From Xanthobacteraceae bacterium (GTDB lineage: Bacteria > Pseudomonadota > Alphaproteobacteria > Rhizobiales > Xanthobacteraceae), in the NCBI GenBank assembly GCA_045811545.1, contig JBJMTU010000372.1, positions 1 through 48,542 of the forward strand: DNA of 48,542 bases, given 5' to 3'. Shown one piece after another: positions 26,873 through 34,796 of this stretch. The position numbers were made by a program, and so were the translations under genes. Under the pieces are notes generated by a model. That model saw only the letters and a list, made by a program, of their open reading frames with translations. It ran no database searches and was not told the origin of the DNA. The number at the start of each line of letters is the position of its first letter. The first letter of the stretch is position 1.

Positions 26873-27853
26873 ATGACCTTGAGCGTGATCGTGTCGCGCG
26901 GCGTGTTCGCGCTCAAGATCGCGGCCGGCGCCTTGCTCGCAGCGATGGTGGCCTTGGCCATCATGAACTACCAAGAGCCCGAGCCTAGCGTGGCCGGGTT
27001 CGAATCCGCCAACAACGAGACCATCATCTATCGGCGCGCGCCGCCGCCTCCCGCGCGCTTGCAAAGCAGCGACGTTGCGGAGCACAGGGAGGAAGCTGGA
27101 TCGTCTTACCCGCGCGCGGTTCAAACGGTCCGCTTTGTCAACCCTGAGCCACCTCTTTCCATTGCCGCTGCGGCACGCGAAGCGATCAAGCGCGCGCTGA
27201 TCAAGGTGGGCGCTTTCGTTGCGTTCCCATCGAGAGAATCCGCGGAGCCGGAAAGCTCCGAGATGCGTCGCAAACGCGGCACCGTGGTTCTCGATGAAAT
27301 CGACGATTACCTGTGGGAGGTCTATCAGCGCGCGCCCATCAAGAAGGACTCGAGCGGCGACTTCACCTGGAAGGATCCGACCGCCGCCAAGCGAATGGGG
27401 CTATCGCTGCAGGATTACGTGATCGGCGGCATGGATCCGGGCTTCCGGGAACAACTCTACAAAGCGGGACGCGCGATGGACGCCGACGGCATCAATTGGT
27501 CGATGCTCAGTGCATTCCGAGACGACTATCGCCAACGTCTCGCCGCCGGCTTCAAAGCGCGTGGCGGCAACTCCTTGCACGGCGGCAGCCGCCGAACGGG
27601 CGGCTATGGCCACGGCCGTGCAATCGACATTACCGCTGGGGAGGGAACCAATTCCGAAGAAGTCTGGAAATGGATCGACGCCCATGGCGCGAAATACGGG
27701 CTTGACCGCCCGATGCCGGGCAGAGACCCGGCGCATATTCAGCAACGTGGGGAATCGAGCAAGGTAGTATCGGTATTCCGCAAGAAGCGCCTCGCCGACG
27801 GCGGCAGGCGACAAAGACAGAAAGCCAAGGTCAAAGTCGCCAGCGCGCGATGA
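26873..27853 (+). CDS. membrane-anchored VanY/peptidase M15-like (LAS-fold) cell-wall hydrolase
   Basis: ORF 26669..27853. The C-terminal domain carries SAFRDDYRQ, GHGRAIDI and DPAHIQ, matching the S-x-[FY]-R..Y.Q / H-x-x-A-x-D / [DE]-P-x-H pattern of D-Ala-D-Ala carboxypeptidase (VanY) family enzymes. A single TM segment (VFALKIAAGALLAAMVALAIM) is present. The start is ambiguous: ATG 26873 or ATG 26717. Confidence 0.65.
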   Translation: MTLSVIVSRGVFALKIAAGALLAAMVALAIMNYQEPEPSVAGFESANNETIIYRRAPPPPARLQSSDVAEHREEAGSSYPRAVQTVRFVNPEPPLSIAAAAREAIKRALIKVGAFVAFPSRESAEPESSEMRRKRGTVVLDEIDDYLWEVYQRAPIKKDSSGDFTWKDPTAAKRMGLSLQDYVIGGMDPGFREQLYKAGRAMDADGINWSMLSAFRDDYRQRLAAGFKARGGNSLHGGSRRTGGYGHGRAIDITAGEGTNSEEVWKWIDAHGAKYGLDRPMPGRDPAHIQQRGESSKVVSVFRKKRLADGGRRQRQKAKVKVASAR

Positions 27854-28086
27854 TGGCCGCAAAGGTTGATTGCCCCCGCGGCGTCTCGACCTTCCCCGAA
27901 CTGGCTGCGCGATCTCAAGGCCTGCTTAGGCGGAACCTTCCCTTCGCTCTTGGGTGCCTTCGGTAGCGTGACCGTCAGCACGCATCCTCAAACTCGTCTT
28001 GCTGCGCGCAGGCGATGCGGCGTGGCTCTGGCGGGATGGGAACGCACTATAGACCTCCTGGCATGGCCTCACTAGCTTGCGCTGCG

Positions 28087-29712
28087 ATGTACGCGCCCCC
28101 GGTCCTTCCACCCGCGCGCGAGTACGCCGCGCTCTACCGCTCGTTCCGCTGGCAGATTCCGGCGTTGTACAATATTGGCGTCGACGTCTGCGACCGCTGG
28201 GCCGAGATCGATGCGGCGCGCACCGCAATTTTCAACGTGCGTGCCGACGGCAAGGTGGAGCAGGTGAGTTACGGCGAGCTGCGTGAAGGCTCGAGCCGGC
28301 TCGCCAACGCGCTCGCGGCCCGCGGCATCGGGCGCGGCGATCGGATCGCGATCTTGTTGCCGCAGGGGCCGGCCGTCGCAGTGAGCCACATCGCCATCTA
28401 CAAGCTCGGCGCCATTGCGTTGCCGCTGGCCATGTTGTTCGGGGTGGAGGCGATCTCCTATCGGCTGCGGGATTCCGGTGCCCGCGCGCTGATCACTTGT
28501 GCGCAGGGGCTTTCCAAGCTCGCGGTGGTCGGCGACTCCGCGCCCGATCTCGAATTCGTTTGCTCGATCGACGGAGCGGCGGATTGCGCCCAGGATTTCA
28601 ACGCACTGCTGGCGCGTGCCGCCTCCGATTTCACGCCGGTTTCTACCACCCCCAATGACCCTGCACTGATGGTCTATACGTCCGGTACTACCGGCCCGCC
28701 GAAAGGCGCGCTGCATGCTCACCGGGTTCTGCTCGGTCATCTCCCCGGCATCGAGATGCCGCACGAATTTCTGCCGCAGTCCGGCGACCGGTTCTGGACG
28801 CCGGCAGATTGGGCCTGGGCCGGCGGTCTGCTCAACGTCTTGCTGCCAGGTTTGCATTACGGCGTGCCGGTGGTGGCGCAAAAATTCGAGAAGTTCGATC
28901 CGGACGAGGCCTTCGCCTTGATGGCCAAGATGGACGTACGCAACGCGTTCATCCCGCCGACGGCGCTGCGCATGTTGCGCTCGGCATCGTGGCCCAAGGC
29001 GAGCATCAAGTTGCGCTCCGTCGGCTCGGGTGGTGAGGCGCTCGGTGCCGAGACCTACGAGTGGGGCAAGGCGAAGCTTGGCATCGCCATCAACGAGTTC
29101 TACGGCCAGACCGAATGCAACCTGGTGCTGGCCTCCTGTGCGGCAATTGCTGTTTCGCGTCCCGGCACCATCGGCAAACCGGTGCCCGGGCATGAGGTCG
29201 CGGTGATCCGCCCCGACGGCTCGCAATGCGCGCCCGGCGAGCTCGGCCAGATTGCGATCAAGCGTCCCGACCCGGTGATGTTCTTGCAATATTGGGGCAA
29301 GCCCGACGCGACGTGCGAGAAATTCATCGGCGACTGGATGACGACCGGCGATCAGGGCGTCACCGACGCCGACGGCTATTTCCAGTTCGTCGGCCGCGAC
29401 GACGATGTCATCACCTCGTCGGGCTACCGCATTGGTCCGACAGAGATCGAGGATTGCCTGATCCGGCATCCTGCGGTGGCGCTGGCGGCGGTCGTGGGAA
29501 AGCCGGATGCGTTGCGCACCGAGATCGTGAAGGCGTTCATCGTGCTGAAATCAGGGCACGCTCCGTCCGATGTGCTCGCCGCCGACATCCAAGGCTTCGT
29601 GAAGACGCGCCTCTCCGCCCACGAATATCCGCGCGAGGTCGCCTTCATCGAGGAGATGCCGATGACGACCACGGGCAAGGTGATCCGCAGACTGCTGCGG
29701 CAGCGGGCGTGA
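28087..29712 (+). CDS. AMP-dependent acyl-CoA synthetase/ligase
   Basis: The AMP-binding motif is MVYTSGTTGPPKG. Also present are TGD.G..D.DGYF.FVGRDDDVI..SGYRIGP.EIE and the terminal TTTGKVIRR. The start may be ATG 28087 or ATG 28063. Confidence 0.9.
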   Translation: MYAPPVLPPAREYAALYRSFRWQIPALYNIGVDVCDRWAEIDAARTAIFNVRADGKVEQVSYGELREGSSRLANALAARGIGRGDRIAILLPQGPAVAVSHIAIYKLGAIALPLAMLFGVEAISYRLRDSGARALITCAQGLSKLAVVGDSAPDLEFVCSIDGAADCAQDFNALLARAASDFTPVSTTPNDPALMVYTSGTTGPPKGALHAHRVLLGHLPGIEMPHEFLPQSGDRFWTPADWAWAGGLLNVLLPGLHYGVPVVAQKFEKFDPDEAFALMAKMDVRNAFIPPTALRMLRSASWPKASIKLRSVGSGGEALGAETYEWGKAKLGIAINEFYGQTECNLVLASCAAIAVSRPGTIGKPVPGHEVAVIRPDGSQCAPGELGQIAIKRPDPVMFLQYWGKPDATCEKFIGDWMTTGDQGVTDADGYFQFVGRDDDVITSSGYRIGPTEIEDCLIRHPAVALAAVVGKPDALRTEIVKAFIVLKSGHAPSDVLAADIQGFVKTRLSAHEYPREVAFIEEMPMTTTGKVIRRLLRQRA

Positions 29713-29740
29713 GCTGGTAGCGACCTGCTAAGGTCGACGT

Positions 29741-30814
29741 CTACGCCGCCTTCTGTTTGTGCGCGCCCTCGAAGGCGGGTGCCACCTCCTCCATGAAGCG
29801 CGCCATCTCGTCCTTGACCTGCTGGTGCGGCTTGAGACCGACGTTGAAATAAAGAATGACTTCGGAGAATCCGGCCGCCTCAACCTTCTTCAGCGTATCG
29901 ATGATCCGCTGCGGCGAGCCCAGCAGCACCGAATTCTCGGTGAGGTCTTCCGGTTTGACCTTCTGCAAGCGCGCGACCATGTCGACGAAATAGCGATAGC
30001 TCGGCGGGGCGGTTTTCGGATCACCGGGCAGCGCGGGGATCACGCATTCGCGGTAATAGCGGATCTGGCGTGCGCGTTGCGCGTCCTCCTGCCCCTTGTT
30101 GTCGGCGAAATGGGTGAAATAGCTGCACATCAGGCGGCCTGGCTTATTGCCGTATTTGGCGCAGCTCTCGTGATAGAGATCGGCGACCTGCTGCAGGCCG
30201 CCGAAGCTCATGGCAGCGGCGAAGGGAGCGACGATCAGGCCGCAATCGAGCCGCGCCGCCAATTCGATCGACGGCTTCGAGAAGGAACCCACATAGGACG
30301 GGATCGGCTTCTGCACCGGCTTGGGCGTGATGCGCACGTCGTCGAAAGAGTAGTGCTTGCCGTGATGCGACATGCGATCGTCCGCCGCCCACAGCTTGCG
30401 CACGACCTCGAGGCCTTCGTCGAAAATACTCTGATTGTCCGCGAACGACACATGGAAGGGTTGGTATTCGCGTGCGTCGTAGCCGCGGCCGGTCGCAAAA
30501 TCCACGCGTCCGTTGCTGAGCAGATCGAGCGTGGCCCATTGCTCGGCGACGCGGATCGGGTGATGCAGCGGCAGCACCGTCACCGCGGGTGCGAGCCGGA
30601 TGCGCTTCGTTCGTGCGGCAATATAGGCGAGCACCAGATCCGGGCAGGACAGCACGCCCAGCGAGTTGAAGTGGTGCTCGCCGATCCACGCCGAGTGCAT
30701 GCCGAGCTTGTCGGCGTAGAGCGCCTCCTCCGCGATGTCGGCGACGAACTGGTTCGCGGTCCGCGTGTTGTTCTCGTAGTGATTGTCGCTGAGGGTAAAA
30801 TAGCCGAATTCCAC
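29741..30814 (-). CDS. LLM-class (luciferase-like) flavin-dependent oxidoreductase
   Basis: GTG 30814 is preceded by GGGAGGAG. The N-terminus (V)EFGYFTLSD...LGMHSAWIGEHHF, then TLDLLSNGRVDFATGRGY, are typical LLM motifs. Confidence 0.85.
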   Translation of the reverse strand: MEFGYFTLSDNHYENNTRTANQFVADIAEEALYADKLGMHSAWIGEHHFNSLGVLSCPDLVLAYIAARTKRIRLAPAVTVLPLHHPIRVAEQWATLDLLSNGRVDFATGRGYDAREYQPFHVSFADNQSIFDEGLEVVRKLWAADDRMSHHGKHYSFDDVRITPKPVQKPIPSYVGSFSKPSIELAARLDCGLIVAPFAAAMSFGGLQQVADLYHESCAKYGNKPGRLMCSYFTHFADNKGQEDAQRARQIRYYRECVIPALPGDPKTAPPSYRYFVDMVARLQKVKPEDLTENSVLLGSPQRIIDTLKKVEAAGFSEVILYFNVGLKPHQQVKDEMARFMEEVAPAFEGAHKQKAA

Positions 30815-30875
30815 AGCGCTCCTCCCGTCGGTTCGGTGGGCCGGATGTCCCTGTTTGTTGCGGTGGGACTGTAGA

Positions 30876-30900
30876 TGCATTTGCAATTGTTGTAAATGCA
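30876..30900. promoter_or_regulatory. candidate MarR operator palindrome in a divergent promoter region
   Basis: TGCATTTGCA-ATTGT-TGTAAATGCA has 10-nt arms with one mismatch. It lies in an AT-rich patch between the divergent LLM (start 30814) and marR-type (start 31021) genes. Confidence 0.35.
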
Positions 30901-31020
30901 ATGAATGCGCTATCTAATGTCGACCAGAATGCAGTATGGACCAACCACGGGAGCGAGACCTTTGACATCGTGGACGGTGGTCCATAAAAGCGTCGGCCGA
31001 AGAATTGCAGGAATTTCAAT

Positions 31021-31548
31021 GTGATGACCGCTCGCCCGCGCCTCGATTTCAGCGAATATCTTCCCTATCTCATCAACCGCGTCGGCTGGCTCCTGGTGGT
31101 CGACTTCGGACAGAACACGCTCGCCCATCATCGATTGAGCATCGCGATGTGGCGCGTCCTGGCAGTACTCGCCAACGATGGCGGCCAGCGTCAGGTCGAT
31201 GTCGCCGCGAGGACGAGCATCGATGTCTCGACCTTGTCGCGCGTGGTCACCCGTCTGGTGAAGATGGGGCTCGTGACCCGCACCCGATCCGCGACCAACA
31301 ATCGGGAAGTGGTGGTCCGCTTGACGCCGAAGGGCTCTGCGGTTCTGGCGCGCGTGATCCCGCACGCGATCGCGTTGGAGCGAAGGGCGATCGCCGGCGT
31401 GCCGGCAGAAGATCTGCGCGTGGTCAGGCGCAGCCTGCGCCGCATGTACCAGAACTTGGCTTCGGCGGCCGGCATCAGCGAGCGCACCGCGGCGCCGCTA
31501 TTGCGCGGGAGCGCGGCTTCAGCCGCTTCTTCATCCCGTCGACGATAG
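31021..31548 (+). CDS. MarR-family transcriptional regulator
   Basis: The winged-HTH region reads MWRVLAVLANDGGQRQVDVAARTSIDVSTLSRVVTRLVKMGLVTR....NREVVVRLTPKG. The start is GTG 31021 or ATG 31024. Confidence 0.85.
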   Translation: MMTARPRLDFSEYLPYLINRVGWLLVVDFGQNTLAHHRLSIAMWRVLAVLANDGGQRQVDVAARTSIDVSTLSRVVTRLVKMGLVTRTRSATNNREVVVRLTPKGSAVLARVIPHAIALERRAIAGVPAEDLRVVRRSLRRMYQNLASAAGISERTAAPLLRGSAASAASSSRRR

Positions 31549-31793
31549 GGCGGGAACTCATCGTCGATCGGCCATAGCCAGCGGGAATTGCGCAGCTCTT
31601 TTGACGCGGTCGAGCATGTGAACCGCGGATGAACGCGTCGTCCATGCCGCGTTCGAGATCGATCGGCTATGTCGGTGGTCAATCGGATCGTACTGCCTGC
31701 GAGGCATGCGACGATCCGTGCAACGCCCCCCTTGGCTTGCTCCCGGCGTTCGCTCGGGTCGAGCCACAAGGCATCACAGAGAGGACCACCGCA

Positions 31794-32144
31794 ATGCTCA
31801 TCCGCCGCGTTCTCGTCACTTCGGCGACGCTCGCACTCCTATCCGCCCCGGCTTTCGCGCAGGGGATGCAACCGGCGCACCCGGCAAAACCCGCGCCGGC
31901 GGCCGGCGCGCCCGCGAAGCCCGCAACCACCGGCGCCGCAACGGCTCCGCAAGCCGCCAAGACCAACCTCAACACCGCGACGGCAGCGGAACTCGACAAG
32001 CTGCCGCACATCGGCCCGGCCCGCTCCAAGGCGATCATCGAGGCCCGCACGAAGGCGAAGTTCAAGGACTGGGACGATTTCGTTGCGCGCAAAGTCGTTC
32101 CCGCCGACGCCGCAGCCGCGATGAAGGACGTCGTCGGCTTCTGA
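31794..32144 (+). CDS. ComEA-like helix-hairpin-helix periplasmic DNA-binding protein
   Basis: ATG 31794 gives the signal peptide MLIRRVLVTSATLALLSAPAFAQ, followed by a Pro/Ala-rich linker and the HhH motif NLNTATAAELDKLPHIGPARSKAIIEAR. Confidence 0.75.
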   Translation: MLIRRVLVTSATLALLSAPAFAQGMQPAHPAKPAPAAGAPAKPATTGAATAPQAAKTNLNTATAAELDKLPHIGPARSKAIIEARTKAKFKDWDDFVARKVVPADAAAAMKDVVGF

Positions 32145-32166
32145 AACGCTGCAGCCGTCTAGTTGC

Positions 32167-32200
32167 GAAACTCAAGGCGCCGTTGCGCGCCTTGAGTTTC
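32167..32200. terminator. bidirectional terminator-like hairpin between convergent genes
   Basis: GAAACTCAAGGCGC (32167-32180) pairs with GCGCCTTGAGTTTC (32187-32200): a 14-bp perfect stem with a 6-nt loop. It lies between the comEA-like stop (32144) and the DUF924 stop (32263). Confidence 0.55.
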
Positions 32201-32262
32201 CGCGAGCGCGCCGACAAGCGCGCAGCGTCCCATATTCGCCTTGCCTCGCCGAGCGCACGCGC

Positions 32263-32835
32263 TCAGCCGGCAAAGCCGCCGCCGTCGAGGAAGGCCTGCT
32301 CGTCCGAGTTCGTGGCGCGGCCCAACAGCGCGTTGCGGTGCGGGAAGCGGCCGAAGCGGCGGATGATTGCGGCATGGTGCTCGGCATATTTCGTGAATTC
32401 ATCATCGCCATAGTCACGCGCCAGCTCCAGGGATCGTTCCTGATCGGCGACATTCTCCGAATGCATGAACGGCAGATAGAAGAACTGGCGCTCGGGAGGT
32501 GAGACCTGCCGATCGAAGCCGCGGCCGATTGCACGATCGGCGACGGCGCGGGCGAGCCCGTCGGTTGCATAGGTGCGCCGGTCACCGCGGAATATGTTGC
32601 GCGCGAACTGGTCGAGCACGATGACGAGCGCCAGCGCCCCATCCGGCGTCTCCTCCCAGTGCGCGAGCTTGCCATCCTCGGCGGCCTGCCAGACGCAGAG
32701 GAAACGGCGTTTGATCTCGGAATCGAACGCTGCGTTCCTTTCGTACCATTGGTCCGGACCCGCCGCGCGCCAGAATGCCAGCACATCCATGGGTCCGATC
32801 ACCTCGGCGGCGCCGGGCTCGCGGCCGCCGGTCAT
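32263..32835 (-). CDS. DUF924-family protein
   Basis: This is the C-terminal part of ORF 32263..33453. ATG 32835 overlaps the stop of the upstream synthetase (ATGA). The sequence VLAFWRAAGPDQWY...LALVIVLDQFARNIFRG....YATD..A......AI..G.D......ER.FFYLPF.HSE matches DUF924 as I recall it. An alternative start is ATG 32790. Confidence 0.75.
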   Translation of the reverse strand: MTGGREPGAAEVIGPMDVLAFWRAAGPDQWYERNAAFDSEIKRRFLCVWQAAEDGKLAHWEETPDGALALVIVLDQFARNIFRGDRRTYATDGLARAVADRAIGRGFDRQVSPPERQFFYLPFMHSENVADQERSLELARDYGDDEFTKYAEHHAAIIRRFGRFPHRNALLGRATNSDEQAFLDGGGFAG

Positions 32836-34631
32836 AGCCGCACCTGTCCGGAATTGATCTGCTCGTGGAGTGCGGGGTCGAGGCGCACGAAAGCCTTGCG
32901 TTGCGGATCGTTGAAATAGATCGGATCGCTGGTGCGGCTGGGATCGAAGCCTTCCTTCAGCAGGTTGATTTTCTTCTGCTTGAATGTCGTGGTGAGATCG
33001 TTGTCCTTGCGTATGCGCAAAAACACCGGCCGCGCATATTCGGGCAGCTGCTGTGCGATGTGATCGTGCAGCGCCGTCAAGTTGAGGTTGTCCCTGGCGA
33101 CGATCGCGGCCATGCCGGCGCGACCGTCCCGGCCGGCGATCTGAACGCCGTAAACATTGCTCTCGAGAATGCCGTCGAAGCGGCCCACGGCCTCCTCGAC
33201 CTCGGTGGTCGAGACGTTCTCGCCTTTCCAGCGGAAAGTGTCGCCGACGCGGTCGATGAAATAGAAGTAACCGTTCTTGTCCTTGCGCATCAAATCGCCG
33301 GTTCGGAACCAGAGGTCGCCCTTTTCGAACACGTCGTGCAGGATCTTCCTGTCGGTCTCGAGGTCGCTGGCATAGCCCTCGAACCGTTGGCCGGGCTTCG
33401 ATGCATGCTTGATGATTTTGCCGATGACCTCGCCAGGCTCGTCGACTTGGCACTCGATGCAGAAACCCTGCACGTCGCGGATCGGCTGCTGGGATTCCGG
33501 ATCAAAGCGCACGATCTTGGTCGGGAAGCGTCTCGCAAGCCACCAAGGAAGCCGGCCGACCGCGCCCTCCTTGCCGTCGAAGTTGAACAGCGAGACGTTG
33601 CCTTCGGTCGCTGCGTAGAACTCGATGATTTGCGGGATTTGAAAGCGGCGCTTGAATTGCGGCCACACGTCGGGACGCAGGCCGTTGCCGCAGGCCAAGC
33701 GCAGGTGATGCTTGTGCTCATTCGGGTTGGGCGGCGAGTTTACGAGGTAACGGCAAAGCTCGCCGATGTACTGAAAGCAGGTACAATCCCAGCGCACGAC
33801 ATCGTCCCAGAATTCGCGCGCGGAGAATTTATCTCGGATCACCACCGACCCGCCGTTCACGAGAAGCGCACCCGTCGCGACCACGCCGCCGGCAGTATGA
33901 TAAAGCGGCAGGCAATCGTACATGCGGTCGCTGCTTTGCGTGTCCATCACGCCGGCGAACGCGTAGCTCGCCAGCATCACCCGATAGTGATTGACGTTGG
34001 CGGCCTTCGGCAGGCCGGTCGTTCCCGAGGTATAGATGTAAAGCGCGCGATCCTCGATCGTGAGCTCGGGAAGGTCCGCGGCCGCGACGTCTTCGCCGGG
34101 AAGGCTGTCGACCGCGCGGTCGATACGGGGGAAATTTGCGTTGCCTTCGCCGTGCAGCCAGAGCTTGGGCTCGCCCGTGATATGCGCGCGCGCGCTTTGC
34201 AGTAATTCGAACAATTCCGCAGCCACGATGATGTGCTTTGGGCTCACCACGTTGATGCAATAGGCCAGCGCCGTTCCGGTGAGGTGAGTATTGATGAGGG
34301 CGACGACGCCGCCGACGCGGGTGATGCCGATCCATGCGGCGACGAATTCCGGCCGGCCCGGCATCATGAGACAAACCGTGTCGCCCTTGCGAAGATTTTG
34401 CGTGAGAGCCCAACGCGCATAGCGGTTGCAACGCGCGGCCAGTTCGCGGTAGCTCAAGCGCTCGCGGTCCGACAAGAGCGCCGGCGCGTCGCCGTATTTG
34501 TCAGCAAGCTCGAGGATGACTTGCGGAAAGACCCGGTTCGGGTTCTTGGCGATCGGCGTCGTCAGCTTCAAGGTGCGCAAGGCACCCCTGAGGGAAGTCA
34601 CGTCTGCCCTCAGCCGATCGATCAATCCCAT
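32832..34631 (-). CDS. FATP/very-long-chain-type acyl-CoA synthetase
   Basis: YIYTSGTTGLPKAANV is present, along with the FATP-type signature WFRTGDLMRKDKNGYFYFIDRVGDTFRWKGENVSTTEVE. Length is 599 aa. Confidence 0.9.
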   Translation of the reverse strand: MGLIDRLRADVTSLRGALRTLKLTTPIAKNPNRVFPQVILELADKYGDAPALLSDRERLSYRELAARCNRYARWALTQNLRKGDTVCLMMPGRPEFVAAWIGITRVGGVVALINTHLTGTALAYCINVVSPKHIIVAAELFELLQSARAHITGEPKLWLHGEGNANFPRIDRAVDSLPGEDVAAADLPELTIEDRALYIYTSGTTGLPKAANVNHYRVMLASYAFAGVMDTQSSDRMYDCLPLYHTAGGVVATGALLVNGGSVVIRDKFSAREFWDDVVRWDCTCFQYIGELCRYLVNSPPNPNEHKHHLRLACGNGLRPDVWPQFKRRFQIPQIIEFYAATEGNVSLFNFDGKEGAVGRLPWWLARRFPTKIVRFDPESQQPIRDVQGFCIECQVDEPGEVIGKIIKHASKPGQRFEGYASDLETDRKILHDVFEKGDLWFRTGDLMRKDKNGYFYFIDRVGDTFRWKGENVSTTEVEEAVGRFDGILESNVYGVQIAGRDGRAGMAAIVARDNLNLTALHDHIAQQLPEYARPVFLRIRKDNDLTTTFKQKKINLLKEGFDPSRTSDPIYFNDPQRKAFVRLDPALHEQINSGQVRL

Positions 34632-34796
34632 CGCTGGTCCAATGCTTACCGCCGTGCGCCGCTCGCGTCGCGCGCAACATCCAGCACTCGGCGTGACGTG
34701 GCAAGAGCGCTCACCGGACAGAGCGTCGCAACGCGGGCTCGTCTGGCCGCCTGCTATCCGGGCGGCGTGCCATGAGACATTCTTGGCGGCCCGTGC

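Noticed and set aside
28072-29469. 465-aa minus-strand ORF. Similar long antisense ORFs occur at 29759..30874 (+), 32865..34205 (+), 40049..41569 (+), 938..1813 (-), 12664..13290 (+) and 13516..14511 (+)
   Set aside because: Each lies opposite a gene with strong motif support (acyl-CoA synthetases, LLM oxidoreductase, ABC exporter, EutA-like, mdtB). None shows any domain signature.
32836-33453. Upstream 206-aa extension of the DUF924 ORF (track ORF 32263..33453)
   Set aside because: It overlaps the 3' third of the FATP-type synthetase gene in another frame and is Arg-rich nonsense. The ATGA-coupled start at 32835 gives a normal-length DUF924 protein.
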